From Bilabrum cf. latius (lineage: Eukaryota): a DNA stretch of 64,000 nt. Within the stretch, counting starts at the first letter, position 1; each line of letters opens with the position of its first letter. The stretch lies in assembly GCA_965178125.1 (NCBI GenBank), contig OZ237752.1, positions 930,001 to 994,000 of the forward strand, given 5' to 3'. The notes beneath the pieces were generated by a model. The model saw only the letters and a list, made by a program, of their open reading frames with translations. It made no database searches and was not told the origin of the DNA. A program made the translations under genes and the position numbers. This document shows, piece by piece, positions 51,744-64,000 of the stretch.

Positions 51744-53339
51744 TCACAGGTCTCCCCACGCACCGTCCCCGTCCGCGCACACGACCGATTCCGGCGCCGG
51801 GCTGGCCGCCCGTGCGATCCTCCAGTTCTGCGGGGGAGGCCTGGGCGTGCCCTGGTCGAGTGGCTCGTAGAAGACCCCCACGTCCATGTGCGCGAGCCTC
51901 CAGACACCCGCCTCCCTGTACAGCTGCCTGTCTCCGCTCAGCTGGAAGACGGGGACGCCGTCCGCCGAGCGAGCGGTCTGCAGGTACAGACCGTCCACGC
52001 CGGGCTCCCCCGCCCCCGTCACGCGGAAGGAGGAGCAGTTGCTCGGGTTCGGGGGCAGGGGGGCGGGCGGCGCGGGTGGGGGGGTCGAGGTGAACACGAC
52101 CCGCCTCCTGAGGATGTTCCTCCCGACGTTCACGAGCAGGTACGTGCTCGAGTTGGTCGCGACGTCGTAGGAGTCCCTGCCCAGCTGAGGCGACCTCGCG
52201 TCGAGCAGGGCGGGGTACAGCAAGCGGCCGTTGATGCCCATCGTGCGGTCCAGCCCGGTCTCCAGCACCTGCACGCTCGCGTTCCAGCCCGTCACCGCGC
52301 GCGCAAAGTCGGGCTGCGAGCTAAACCGGAACCCCACCCTCCCCTGCGTGACGTCGTAGTCCCCCGACGTCACGTAGTACGGCAGCCCGGCGCGCAGCGC
52401 ACTCGTCACACCGGACCCACCAGGCTCGCCCTCGAGCGGATGCCCCCGCCGCAGGGCCTCTTCCTCCTCCTCGCTGAGCACCAGCCGGCGCGGCTGCGCG
52501 TGTGACGAGTGCCACGTCTCGGTGCCGGGTGCCGGCGTGCAGACGAACTTGCTCGGGTCCGGCCCCGGGTCCTGCACGTACGGATCGATCCAACGGACCG
52601 TGTAATCGCTCCCGTCCCATCCCCTGAACGCCTGCGGGTCCCCGAGATCCGTGGATCTGAACGGACACATGCCCCTGGGCTGCTCCTCCCGGGGATTCGC
52701 GTACACGAGTCCGTACCATGCCCCGTCCTGGCCCTGCATCATGGCGCTGATGGCGCCGTACCCGTAGATGGACTGGTTGTTCTCGTACTTGTACGGGAAG
52801 CTGAACACCCTGTGCTTGGGCGGCGCATCTGCGAGGTGGAACGTCTGGCCTCCATCGGTGGAGAGCCCCACGCCCGTGCTCCACAAGTTGCAGTGACCGC
52901 GCCACTGCTCTCGAGGGAGCTGGCAGTATTCGGCTGGCTGCTCAAAGCCGTGGAACTCGTTGTGGATGAGTGCGAACACAGTGCCGTTCGGAAACACGCG
53001 GACGCTCTGCAGCCACTGGTTGTTCGCGTACGAGGCCGGGTCCAGATCGTGCGTGCTGTTGAATACGAGCCGGGAGCAGTCGTGCTCCAGGTGCAGAATG
53101 TCCGGTCCGACGTTCGGAAAGTCGCCGTCGCTGACAGAGGCAATCAAAAACGTCTGATTCAGGGAGCGGACGTGCCACGCGATCGGCATAGAGTCCGTAC
53201 CATCGTGCGGCGTGCAGTTCTGAGATCGATTATACATGGTCACCCACTCGGATCCTTCGGCGTACTGCACGTACAATGGAGGGTCCTGGGCGAGTGCACT
53301 AGAAGTAGTTGCGATAGCCGCTAGTCCTAGAAGAAGCAT
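51744..53339 (-). CDS. Secreted hypothetical protein (beta-propeller/glycosidase-like, Asp-box STDGGQTF)
   Basis: Signal peptide MLLLGLAAIATTSSALA, intronless 531-aa ORF, TGA stop, no TAG. Confidence 0.8.
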   Translation of the reverse strand: MLLLGLAAIATTSSALAQDPPLYVQYAEGSEWVTMYNRSQNCTPHDGTDSMPIAWHVRSLNQTFLIASVSDGDFPNVGPDILHLEHDCSRLVFNSTHDLDPASYANNQWLQSVRVFPNGTVFALIHNEFHGFEQPAEYCQLPREQWRGHCNLWSTGVGLSTDGGQTFHLADAPPKHRVFSFPYKYENNQSIYGYGAISAMMQGQDGAWYGLVYANPREEQPRGMCPFRSTDLGDPQAFRGWDGSDYTVRWIDPYVQDPGPDPSKFVCTPAPGTETWHSSHAQPRRLVLSEEEEEALRRGHPLEGEPGGSGVTSALRAGLPYYVTSGDYDVTQGRVGFRFSSQPDFARAVTGWNASVQVLETGLDRTMGINGRLLYPALLDARSPQLGRDSYDVATNSSTYLLVNVGRNILRRRVVFTSTPPPAPPAPLPPNPSNCSSFRVTGAGEPGVDGLYLQTARSADGVPVFQLSGDRQLYREAGVWRLAHMDVGVFYEPLDQGTPRPPPQNWRIARAASPAPESVVCADGDGAWGDL

Positions 53340-53514
53340 GGACGCACAGCCTAGGCTTTAGCTGAATGAGCGGTACGCGCGAATCCTCCACCAGCGGACC
53401 AAACTCGATGACGATTGCGATTTCCCGGAACCAGCGACGAAGTTTCGCGGCTGTTCCTGAGGAAGCACTGTCGAAACCTGCAAGTCGAGACTTTTGCAGA
53501 GTTAGTGTTTCGCC

Positions 53515-55029
53515 ATGAACTATTCCACGCTAGATGATGAAAGTATGTTGCAAGATTTAGAGGATGAAGGTGACATTACTGCCGAGGATCTTGGGATAAG
53601 CCAAGCCAGTCCCAAGCCCAGCCAGAGCGCCACCGGTCCTAGCAAAGGCGCGGCGGAAGCCTGCGCTCCGAGTGCAGGGGGAGTCGATAATGATGGAGCA
53701 GGGCAGGACGGAATCGATCGGGCAGGCACAAGGGAGCCGGATGCACTGTCGGTGGCATACGCTCCGCTGATCCAGCAGCTGAGAGTTCGCCCTGAAGTGG
53801 TATCAACCGACCGTAACGATGATAAAGACAATACAAGGCCATTAAGACAATCTGAATCGGAAGATAAGCCGGAGCCAGCACCCCCTGAGCTGCCGAAGCA
53901 GGTCCAAGTAGAACCCGGCCTGCTGGATCATGGAACCATCGTGTACGGCAGCGGCGCAGCAGAGATAGCACAGCCAAAATCAACGATGGAGCATTTGTAC
54001 GGAAAGCGAGAGGATTATACAGCGACCGCTGCGCATGTGGGCTTGAAGGTAGCACCTAAGAGCTCGGTAGAGCAGCCGAGCGAGCTGCCAGCCGCGGCGG
54101 GCGAGCCCGGCACTATCAGGCCGATGCAATCACCTTCAAATCCTGGCGCGGCCCCGGTCCCGGTAGGCAGCTCGCGCCAAGTAATGGCAGGTAGGAGCGG
54201 AGAGGGGACCGGTGCTGTGGGCAGCCAGCTTTGCGAGCACTCGCAGGAGCAGGAGCAGGAGCACCCGTGGCCGGGGGCAGGCGGGCTGCAAGAGATGGGA
54301 GCCCCTGGCGATGGCGGGGGCGTTGGCGGGGGCGCAGCCTACGATGCGCCGCATAGCAGCGAGTCGAATGGCAACGCCAGCGGGGGAACAAGTAGTGGGG
54401 ATGAGGGCGAGGGGCCGGGACCTGGTGCGGCAGCCCCACCGGAGGCAGGCGAGCCGGAGGGCGAGCACGGAGCTGCTGCAGGCCTGCAGGGGCTGTCCTG
54501 GCCCTCGCTCGCGGCCCCCTCTGCAGTGCCTGCCAGTGGACAGGCACATGGCGAGACAGGGGGGACGGGGCTCCTGGCAGGCAGCGGGGGCGCTGGTGGT
54601 GCCTGTGCTGGTGCTTCAGGTGGTGTTGCTGGTCTTGGTGCCGGCGGACAGGGACCCGGGATGGGTGCAGGCAAGGTGGCTGCACCGTCTTCATCTCCGG
54701 CTACCGCCGCCCCAAGCCGCTCGCTGGGGGACGGTCAGGGCGCCATGGAGCCGGAGGACGCGGTGGAGGCGACGGGGCAGCTGCTGGGCAAGATCCAAGA
54801 CATCATCGCGGGCAACACGCCGGAGGCCAGGGCGAGAGCCGCGGCGCGGGCGCAGCAATCAGCGGAACGGAGGGCGAGACGGGCGCAGGAGCACCGCGAG
54901 AGGGAGCAGCTGCGAGCCAAGCAGAAGGCGGAGAGGGAGGCAGCACGGCTGGCGCGGGCGGCCCGGCGAACGGCAGGCGAGCCGCGTTCGGATGCACCCA
55001 AAGAGAGCGGTGACTCCGCTTCGAGCTGA
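53515..55029 (+). CDS. Hypothetical low-complexity protein with C-terminal coiled coil
   Basis: 504-aa ATG-TGA ORF, divergent from the previous gene. Confidence 0.7.
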   Translation: MNYSTLDDESMLQDLEDEGDITAEDLGISQASPKPSQSATGPSKGAAEACAPSAGGVDNDGAGQDGIDRAGTREPDALSVAYAPLIQQLRVRPEVVSTDRNDDKDNTRPLRQSESEDKPEPAPPELPKQVQVEPGLLDHGTIVYGSGAAEIAQPKSTMEHLYGKREDYTATAAHVGLKVAPKSSVEQPSELPAAAGEPGTIRPMQSPSNPGAAPVPVGSSRQVMAGRSGEGTGAVGSQLCEHSQEQEQEHPWPGAGGLQEMGAPGDGGGVGGGAAYDAPHSSESNGNASGGTSSGDEGEGPGPGAAAPPEAGEPEGEHGAAAGLQGLSWPSLAAPSAVPASGQAHGETGGTGLLAGSGGAGGACAGASGGVAGLGAGGQGPGMGAGKVAAPSSSPATAAPSRSLGDGQGAMEPEDAVEATGQLLGKIQDIIAGNTPEARARAAARAQQSAERRARRAQEHREREQLRAKQKAEREAARLARAARRTAGEPRSDAPKESGDSASS

Positions 55030-55393
55030 TTGTAATAAAACTCCGCGTGTTGTGTCCGACAGGCGCGGCACGGCCTCACGTGCAAGCGCTAGTGCCTGGC
55101 GTACCCGGTTGACAAGCCGCAGCCAACCAATCACGACAGAATCTACAGATGGAAATGACCTGTACTGCGTAATATCAAGTATGATACGTGGGAATCACAT
55201 CATCTCCAAATGTTCAGCGCTTTTCCGGCGACTGAAACCCTTCCCATCAACTGCTGCTAGCAACTGGTTGAGCCAATCGATGGCAGAGCCACCGAGAGAC
55301 CATTTTACTGCACCAGCCCAGCCCAGTGATATAATTAACCATAAGGTCATGCATGCAACATCCCTACGCAGTGCCAAGTGGGATCTGACTAGC

Positions 55394-55549
55394 TCAGATG
55401 CCCAGCTTGGTGCGCCTCCAGTGCCGCCTCTTCATGTTGTACCTGATCGTGTTGTCAGTCCGCATGCGGATCCAGTTGGGGATCGCGCGGTTCTGCCTAG
55501 CCTTCTTGGCAAGCTTTGTCTTGGTGCGCAACGACTTGAAGGCGGGCAT
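55394..55549 (-). CDS. RPL39: 60S ribosomal protein L39 (eL39)
   Basis: [54 protein letters not shown] stop. Confidence 0.97.
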   Translation of the reverse strand: MPAFKSLRTKTKLAKKARQNRAIPNWIRMRTDNTIRYNMKRRHWRRTKLGI

Positions 55550-55695
55550 CCCGTTCCTACAAACCTTGATATAAGCCGGTTGGTCGTTTCGTGGTGCACG
55601 GAGCAATCTGATTTACTTTTTACTGTAACGATATGTTACAGTCAAAGCGAGCCTTTTCGCGGAATATCGCATCCAGGGCACATAATAAGCCAGCT

Positions 55696-57766
55696 ATGGC
55701 AACAGTTTCGTTTCATTTTTCAAACGAAAAGGTTGAACATAGTATTGGTCTGGAAGGCACTTCGATATCGACTGTTGATTTTCGGCACAGGGTCGTCGAG
55801 GAGCACGGTCTCGACGAATCTGGTTAGGACGTCGGAATTATAGTGACGGACGCTGCATCCGGTCAAGGTTAGAAAATAATTTAGGTGTGTTGTCTCAGTG
55901 TGGTGATTACAGACCTAATATTGCTAGCAAGCAGAGCCTTTCGTTCGACCAACAGCACAAGGCTCTGCAGTATCCTCTCTGGTACTTTCCTTACAACAAC
56001 ACTCCCATTGCGAACCATTATTTTTGCAGTGTATGGAGATGAAGATCGGATTCCGGCCGGGGCGTCTGTTGTAGTCAGGCTGCATCGACAAGTGAAACGG
56101 CAAACGATGGCAGATCAGGCCGCTGCTGCGCGAGCGAGCATGAACATCACATCGCTTGATTCTGGGTTCGCGGATACGGCTGAGTTAGTTTACCCAATGA
56201 ATTTGAAAGCTTGGATTGCCGCGAAAATATTTATTGTGGGCGCAAACGAGATGCTTCCACAGCTGTCGATAAGATGTGCACGATCTGGGTTTGTGACTAT
56301 TCGGCTGCGTCTGGGACGGCATGAGCAAGTCAAGCTGCTTCCAGGGGGGAATTTGATGCCAATTAAGAGTTACATGATCCGCAAGTGCACCACGGGGTGC
56401 GGGGGAAGGGGCTGTGCAAGTTGGGCCTGCCCATCCGACCAAGCGAGGTGGTGGTGGTAGTGCGAGGGACACACGCGCGGGCAGGCAAGCAGGCAGGGAT
56501 TCCTGGCCTGGGCTGGGGGCGGGCAGGGAGACCATTGCGCACCCAGTCCGACCCTCCTTGCCCTTGCCTCGCCTCTCCTCTCGTGCATCGTGCACTGAGC
56601 ACTTAGCGACCTGTTCTTTCCCGCTGCGCCGGCTCTGGCGATGCCTTGCTATGCCGCCAGACTCACTGCCTTTCACTGAGGTGCAATGCAGACACCTCCC
56701 GTCCCCTCGTCCGATCGCCCCGATGCTGTGTAGCTATGTGTCCTCACGCCCCCGTCCCCGTCTTCCATCCCCCCCCGACACCCACGGTCGCCTCCCTTGC
56801 AAGCATCCCAACCCCTCTCATCCGCATCGCGTGTCTTGTCCCACCCATTCACTCGTCACACTCGCAGCGACAACGCCCTCGAGTCGATCCTGTCGGGACA
56901 GCCCGCCCAGGACCAGGGCACTGCCGCCATCGTGGGGGCAGGGGCCAGGGGCAGGGCCGCGAGGGCGGGGGCAGCGGCGCACGCCAGCGGCAGGGGCCGG
57001 GGCACGGGCAGAGCCAGGGAACAGCGATATGACGCGGAGGGCAAGCCGCTGCCCATGGGGCCGGGGGACCTCGCGAGGCAGGATCCCAACGCTCTGGTGC
57101 CCGCCTCCCGCCGTGGCGTGCCCGCGCACATGGTGACCCGTCTGACCAAGGAACAAGCCGAGATGCTCGCCCAGCAGGGGCACGGGTCCACGGCCGGCGG
57201 GCTGCTCACGGGCTCGGACGTGGACGGGCACGGTGTGGTGCTCCCGGACCTGACTGCCTTCCAGAAGATGGCAGCTGCCAACGGGGGCAGCACTGGCGGT
57301 GCCTCCTCGTCTTCGTCCTCGTCTTCGTCCTCCTCCTCTGCATCTGCCCAGGCGGCCGCTGCGCCCCCTGGGGCCCCCTAGGCAGCGGGGCCGGACCCGC
57401 GGGCCATGGGCAAGGAGGCATTCGCGCTGGCCGCGGCTACGTCGGACCTAAAGTGTCCGTTGAGTTTCCAGCTGCTGACCGACCCCGTGCTCATGCCGTG
57501 CTGCGGAGCCGCCGTGCAGCGGGCCGCCGCCCTGGCCCAGCTCCCCATGCGCGGGTTCGTGTGTCCCCTGTGCAGCACCCCGGATGTCTCCCCCGACCAG
57601 CTGGCTCCGTTCGTGGGGATGAGGAAGAGGGTGGAGAGGCACCTCGCGGATGCGGGGGCCAGGTGGGGGGCTGCGAGGCAGCGGGCCGGTGCCGACTCTT
57701 CCTCCTCTTCCTCGTCGTCGTCAGCCGCGGGTGCCGCGGGCGGGTCTGCTTCGTCGGATGCCTCTG

Positions 57767-57802
<36 letters not shown>

Positions 57803-58860
57803 GGCAAGTTGGAGGTGTCGGCAGTGGAGGAGGAGGTGAGAGGACAGGCACCCTCTCTGCCCTGCAGGCGAGTCTGCAGTAGGCCGAGAGGGACGCGAAG
57901 GCGGTCAAGGAACTGGAGGAGGAGCAGGTGAGGAGGGGGGAGCGGGAGGCGGGGGGGGCGGGCGAGGGGGAGGGGGAGCAGGACGATGAGCTGGATGGGG
58001 ACCTGTTTGGGGGCGGGGAGGACGAGGAGGATGAGGATGAGGACGAGGAGAAGGGGGGGGAAGCGGCCGGACATGGTGGGGAAGGGGGAGACAAGCAGGA
58101 GCCAGAGCCAGGGAACAATGAAGGGAAAGAGGGTGCCGAGGCTGCTGCTGCCACCACGGGGGGTGCCAGCGCAAGCAGCACAGCAGATGGGCAGGGGGCC
58201 AACGGGGGGGCGCTGGAGGCTGGTGACGCACCGGCACCCGGCCCATCCGGTGTGATGAGTGCACCCTCCACCACCGCCTCCTCCTCCTCCTCCTCAGGCC
58301 CGGGGGAGGCCTCCCTCAGCGAGGAGGAGGTGGAGCGCCGGGCTGCGGCCCTCGTGGCCTCCATGGGGGGCGGCCCGGGGAGCGCGCTGCCTGCACCCAT
58401 GCAGGAGCAGATGCTGGCCATGGCAAGGCAGGTTGTCCGCCAAACGGCTGCTGGCGCTGGCGCTGGCGCTGCCCCGGGGATTGGTGGTGCCGCACCGGTG
58501 ATGCCCATGTTGCCGGGCATGCCCATGTTGCCGGGCATGGTGCCGGGCGCGGTGGGTGGTCTGAGTGCCGCGGGTAAGCAGCTCATGAGGGCGGCACTGG
58601 GGCTGGAGGAACAGGGAGGCAGCAATGGGGGCGACCATGGCCCAGGGAACAAGCGTGGCAGGGCGGACGGCCGCGAGGACGACAGGGGCAGGCGACCCAG
58701 GAAGGCTCGGCGGGTGGGACTATCTGTTGAGCTGGCCCCGCCGCGGGAGCCCTCTCCCCCGCCGACCAGGGAACCCAGCAGGGAGGCCAGCGGGGCCAGC
58801 GTGGAGGGATCAGCCAAGAGCTCCGGGCCCGGGGGTCGGGAGGGTGGGGGCCGGTCGCCC

Positions 58861-58907
<47 letters not shown>

Positions 58908-59775
58908 TGGGGATGAAGGTCGCAGGGACTGGGGAAGGGACAGGGGCACGGCTTGGGACCGAGATGGAGACAGGGATGGCGGCCGCTTCGGTCGTGGGGA
59001 TGGGCCTGGGAGGTCCCGAGACCGTGGGGCCGGTCGGGGGTCTGGGCCTGGTAGCCGGGGAGGATTCGACCGCGGGGCGCGGGGAGAGCCCGACGACTTC
59101 CGGCGGGGTCCAGGGAACAAAGGATCGGGGCCACCTCCCAAGCGGTGGTCCAGCCGCTCTCGCAGCAGGAGTCGCAGCCGGAGCCGGAGCATCGATTTCA
59201 GGCGAGAGGTGCGCGATGTGCGGCGCGAGGTGGGGCGAGGTGGCGCTGGTGATGGCGCTGGCGGTGCCCCCGCAGCAGATGACAGCCGGCGCGGTGATAG
59301 GGGCTTCGACCGAGGCACAGATCAGGGTAGAGACTGGCGGCGCTCCCCATCGCCTCCCCGCAGCGGGGTCTCAGGGGATACCCCCCGGGGTGCGTAGGGG
59401 GCCGCTGAGGATCGGTGGAGGCCCGCGCCCCGACGTGAGGACAGTGGTAGGGTGGACGAGAGAAACGAAGACAGGCGCGGCGGGGCCAGGGGTGGGCGCT
59501 CGTACAGTCCGGCCCGGAGCGCGAGCTGGGACCGCGATGCAGGGAACAGTGGAGGGAGGGGGTCGCGCGGGGGCCGGGGCAGGGACAGAGGCAGGGACCG
59601 GGATAGAGGGAGGGGCAGGGACAGAGGGAGGGACAATGGTAGAGACAGGGACATGGGCAGGGACAGAGATAGGGGTGGAAGTCCAGCGCGTGGTGGCGAG
59701 GACGGCGGGGGTGGCGGTGGCAAGAGGAGGAAGAAGAAGAGCAGAGGCGGCAGGAAGGGGAGGCGCAGGCGGTGA
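55696..59775 (+). CDS. RBBP6: RBBP6/Mpe1-like cleavage-polyadenylation factor (DWNN ubiquitin-like domain, RING/U-box, RS/RD-rich tail)
   Basis: DWNN-like MATVSFHF...ISTVDFR...YGDEDRIPAGASVVVR, GVP motif, LKCPLSFQLLTDPVLMPCCG...CPLC. Introns 55868-56029 and probably 56184-56867. TAGs at 55825, 57379, 57880 and 59395. TGA stop. Confidence 0.82.
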
Positions 59776-59973
59776 GGGGTGAGCATGTTGTGGTGCAAGT
59801 GCAAAGAAAGGCGTAGCATCGTGTAACATGCTGCCGTAGTCGACGTGCCAGCAGCGTTCTGCGTGTGATGCCTGTGGCGAAAACGTCGCAACTCGGAGCC
59901 CTAGGACATTCAGGTCTACAGCAACTTTGCCAGTGTGCACTTGAATTGACGTGGCAATTTGGAGCTTAATCAC

Positions 59974-62900
59974 ATGATGAAGCATTCGCTATCGTTCGCG
60001 TCCACCGGCTGCATTCGCGCCTCGGGAGTGGTGCAATGGGCACAGTTCGGGGAGGCTCGCACAGAAAGGGTGTTGTACGCTGCAAACAAGCTCGTGGCCG
60101 TTGCCAATGCCGAGGTAAGATAGCAGATCTGTAGGTATTCCAAAGATGGATGTTGCGCTGCTGGCTAGTGGTGCATGGACTACCTCGCGCAACTCTTCTC
60201 GCAGGAAGGAGCCGTCGAGTAGCTTTTAGAAGCCCATGCGGCCCCCATCTCGCGTATTTCGGTGCCAAAACAGTTGCACGAGCATGTATAGTCCTCAAAT
60301 CATTGGTTTACGTCCTGTGCTAGCGATGGTTCTGTGGCTGCATGGGAGTTTGACCGGACGTTCTCGCTGGCTGCCGCGCAAGTGGTGCACAAAGGCAGTG
60401 CTGGGGCGCTCGCCGCGTGCTCGTTCGGGGATATGAGGCTAGTTGCATCGGCAGGAAAAGACTCTCGCCTGGTATTGTCGCGCTTCCAAGAGCAGCCCGC
60501 CGCTGCCGGCCCCAGCCGTCTCGTGCCGCTGTGCGAGCTTCGGATGCGTGCTCTCGACCTGGCAGAGAGCCTGGATTTCTTTGCCCTACCTGGGGCGGGT
60601 GCGCCAGCCATCCAAGGAATACCATCGTCAGCTCCTGCTGATCGAGACGCGGCGCCCGCCGATGACCGAGTCTGCAAGTGGCAGAGCACGGGGATCGGGC
60701 TGGCGGCGGGCACGGTCAGCGGGGCCCTCCAGATCCTCGTCCTGGAGCAGATGCTCGGGGCGGGGGCAGGGGGCGGAGCAACGAGCGCGGAAGGCCAGCC
60801 CCAGCCCTAGTCCCAGCCCCAGCATTTGCGGCTCCGGATCGCACTCTCCCTCCCCTCCCGCCGCACCAGCCTGCGGTCGGTGTCCGTCTCGAGCGGCCCC
60901 GTCCTGCCGGCGGACGGAGGGGACCTGCCCCCGGAGGCCGCCCGCCGGGCGCTCCAAGCAGCTGCCCCGCACGTGATGGTCGCAGTAGCGGGTCACGACT
61001 CCAAAGTGGCCCTCTGGAAGCTGGCAGCGAGGACGCAGGGAACAAGCGGGGAGGCCTCCGCTGGAGCAACAGGTGGTGCAGCAGCTGCCGCGAAGCGGGA
61101 CGCAGATGATGCTGCTGCCGCCGCGCTTGCTGTGCTAGGCATCGATGAGCCGGGGGCATTTGCCCCCGAATCATCGCACCGCATTGCACTGCACCTGGCG
61201 AGCAGTGGCAGTGCGCTGCACCTCGAGGCCAGCTCGCAGGCCGTGCTGGCTGGGCACGAGCAGTGGGTCACAGAGGTGCGATGGGTGCCCCCGGTGCCCG
61301 TGCAGGGAACAAGCGCGCCCGAGGCCGAAGAGTCGGGTAAAAGCGACGAAGGTGACGGTGCCTCTTGGCCGCTGCCCGTGGCCTGGCAGCCCGCGGCTCT
61401 CTGGACGGCTTCCCTGGACCGGGCCGTGGCGTGCTGGCAGCCCGACATGGCGACCGAGGGGCCCGCCCCCGGGGAGGCAGTCATAGAGGCGGCGGTGCGG
61501 CGCGCGGGAGAGGCGGCCGTGGGGGGCTCCCTCGGGGGCTGGTCCCTGGTGGCCCGGCTAGGAGGATTCGGAGCCGATTTGCCGGGGTACCTTTGCGTGT
61601 GCCTGCGGCCCGACGGGCGGGCGCTGGCTGCGCTGGAGCAGCGGGGTGCCATCGCTGTGTGGGCTGCGCGGGGGCAGGGCAAGCGGGTGCAGTGGGGGGA
61701 CGAGAAGGAGAGGATAGCCAGGGAACAGCGGGAGATGGAGGAGCGTAGGTCCGGGCTGGGCCTGGGGCTCGGCCTGGTGGGGATCAGGGACGCCCAGTGG
61801 GAGCCGTGCATGGGGCTGCACGGGTTCGGGGCACAGGTGACGGGTGTGAGCTGGGCGGCGGACGGGTCGTACCTGGCAGCGTGTGGCTTTGATAAGACCA
61901 CGAGGCTGTTCGGTAGGGCGAGGGGAGGGGTCAGGACCCTTGGTGAGGCGACGAACGGGCGCGGGGGACGGTCAGGTGCTGGTGCTAGTGATGGTGCAGG
62001 TGCTGACGGTAGCAGTGGTGGCGTGAGTGCAGGGGGTGCAGAGCGCGCCATGTACCGGGAGCTGGCGCGGCCGCAGACGCATGGACACCCGGTGCGAACA
62101 GTGGCCGTGCTGCGGTCGCCGGGGGCGATGCATCGCATTGCAGCAGGGGCAGAGGAGAAGGTCGTTCGGGTTTACGACGCCACGCAGCCGTTCGTGGATC
62201 GGGCCCGCGGGGCGGGTCGCCTGGCGCAGGTACGCAACGAGGGGGCCTTGGATCGGATCAAGAAGGCCGAGGAGGGCTGGAGAGGTGCCGGAGCCGCCGG
62301 TGGCGCATGCGAAGGCGAAGGCGCGGACACGGACACGGACGCGGCAGCAGTGGCGCGCCGGCGCGTGTTGACGGCCCGCAGGTCGCGCGCCTACCTCCCC
62401 ACGCTCGGGCTGTCGAACAAGGCCATCGTGGTGCGGGAGGGCGCGTCTGCCGTGGCCGAGGCTGCGTCTTGGTGGGACTCCAGAGGGGGGGCGGGGGAAC
62501 AAGAGGGGGGTGAGGAGGAGCTGGAGGCGGCTGGGTCGGTGAAGGGCGTGCTGAAGCCAGCTCAGGGCAAGGGCGAGCGCGTGGGTGCCAAAGCACAGGC
62601 GCCAGTGCAACCCGTGGCCAGCGCAGACACGCACGTCCTCTCTGGTGAGACGCTGCAGGACCGTCTGAAGCAGGAGCAGCTGATCAAGGACGCGGCCCGC
62701 TTGGACAGGGAACAAGGGGCGCGGGCAGCGGCGGTGAAAAGCAGGGAGGAAGCGGAGAGGGTGGCCAAAGTGGGGGCCGCCGAGGAGGTGCAGGCCAGGC
62801 TAAGCCAGGGGACTGCGGGGGCCGGTGACGGGGCAGTGCCTGCAGGCGAAGAAGATGCAGGGGCAGCAGGGGCAGAGGGAGAGGAGGAGGGGATGGGGAA

Positions 62901-64000
62901 TGCTGCGTTGCCGCCAGAAACAGCATCAGCAGCCGCCGTGGATGGTCCCGCGGCAGATACAGCGGGAGCGCCTCGATCCACGAGTGCTCCCGGCTCGCCT
63001 CTTGTTCCCCCGCCCCCACTGCAGGACGAGCTCAGGGCCGAGACGTTGTTCCCCGAGACCGACAAGCTGTACTACCACGGCGATGAGATCGTGCGAGTGG
63101 CAGGGGACCCGATGGGCCGGTGCTTCGCCACGGCATGCAAGGCCAGGGACCCGGAGACCGCCGCGGTCCGCGTGTGGGATGCGCTCACATGCCGGCCCGT
63201 GTGCGACCTGAAGGACCACGCCTCCACGGCCTGTGCCCTGGCCTTCAGTCCCTGCGGGAGGTTCTTCCTGAGCGCCTCCAAGGACAGGCACGCGTGTCTG
63301 TACGCAGTCGTGGGGGCCGGGGATATCGAGGATAGGCGAGACTCTGGTGCCGGTGGTGGTGCCGGGCCCGGCCTGTCGCTGCTGGCTCGCTTCAAGGCGC
63401 ACAAGCGAATCGTCTTCGATGCGGACTGGGCACCCTGTGTGACGAGTGGGAACGAAGATGGTGTGACGAGTGTTGCGGTGTTCGCGACGTGCGGCAGGGA
63501 AGGCGCCGTGAAGGTGTGGAGGCTTGCCATGCCCGAGGTAGACACGGGGGCAGGGGCAGGGGCAGGGGCAGGGGCAGGGGCAGGGGCAGGGGCAGGGGCA
63601 GGGGCAGGGGCAGGGGCAGGGGAGCATGGCGATTCGTCGGGCGGGGGTGGAGGGGCGAGGAAGCCGGTGCTGTCGGAGGGCCCGGCTCCTCCTGCGTACA
63701 AGGAGCCGGTGACTGCGGTTGCGTTTGCGACCAGCTGTCCCCTGGCGGGCGAGGTTGCGACCGAGGGTGCCGCTGGTGGTGGTATCGGTGCTCGCACGCT
63801 GCTGCTTGCCGTGGGGCGGGAGTCGGGTGCAGTCGAGGTGTGGGGGGCTTCCTTATCAGCGGTCCAGTCGCATGGTCCCAAGTCGAAGGGTGTTTGGCAG
63901 AGGCTGGGAGAGGTCAAGCGCGCCGGGCCGTCCTCGGGCGCTGTGCGGCAACTGGCGTGGAGACCGGGACGGCGGGATGTCCCTGGCCTGGCCGAGGCCT
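59974..64000 (+). CDS. ELP2: Elongator complex subunit 2 (WD40), 3' end beyond the window
   Basis: LAGHEQWVTEVRW, ARPQTHGH, AEEKVVRVYDA, LPTLGLSNKAI, ETLFPETDKLYYHG and AHKRIVFDADW motifs. Intron 60115-60204. TAGs at 60220, 60289 and 60808. Confidence 0.92.
63547..63618 (+). repeat. Perfect (GGGGCA)12 microsatellite encoding (Gly-Ala)12 inside ELP2
   Basis: Read directly from the sequence. Confidence 0.95.

Noticed and set aside
56385-56435. CTTGCGGRGCASWACP in the presumed RBBP6 intron 2 as a divergent zinc knuckle
   Set aside because: It is in frame with exon 2, but the spacing is non-canonical, His is missing and codon usage is atypical. RNA-seq is needed to decide.

Overview
Gene-dense (~25 genes in 64 kb), GC-rich eukaryotic nuclear DNA with short GT-AG spliceosomal introns. 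Flagellar and mitochondrial genes, plus Ala/Gly-rich insertions in many proteins, suggest a heterotrophic flagellate protist, possibly a bicosoecid-like stramenopile; the taxonomy is only an impression. Main result: the window uses a non-standard nuclear genetic code in which TAG is a sense codon, most likely Gln. By hand I count about 68 in-frame TAGs in 18 otherwise intact genes (SPT4, RPB10, UROS, RNase Z, Sec1, ELP2, RBBP6/Mpe1 and others). Of 23 complete gene ends, 22 are TGA, one is TAA and none is TAG, and I saw no in-frame TAA. TAG and TAA therefore appear to have different meanings. The supplied standard-code ORF track fragments most genes. Other notable features: a minisatellite C2H2 zinc-finger array that varies almost only at base-contact residues, a 7TM-RGS protein with a split RGS domain, an RNase Z with a C-terminal glyoxalase-like fragment, and a strongly over-represented sense-strand exonic motif, CAGGGAACA. 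All counts and coordinates were read by eye.
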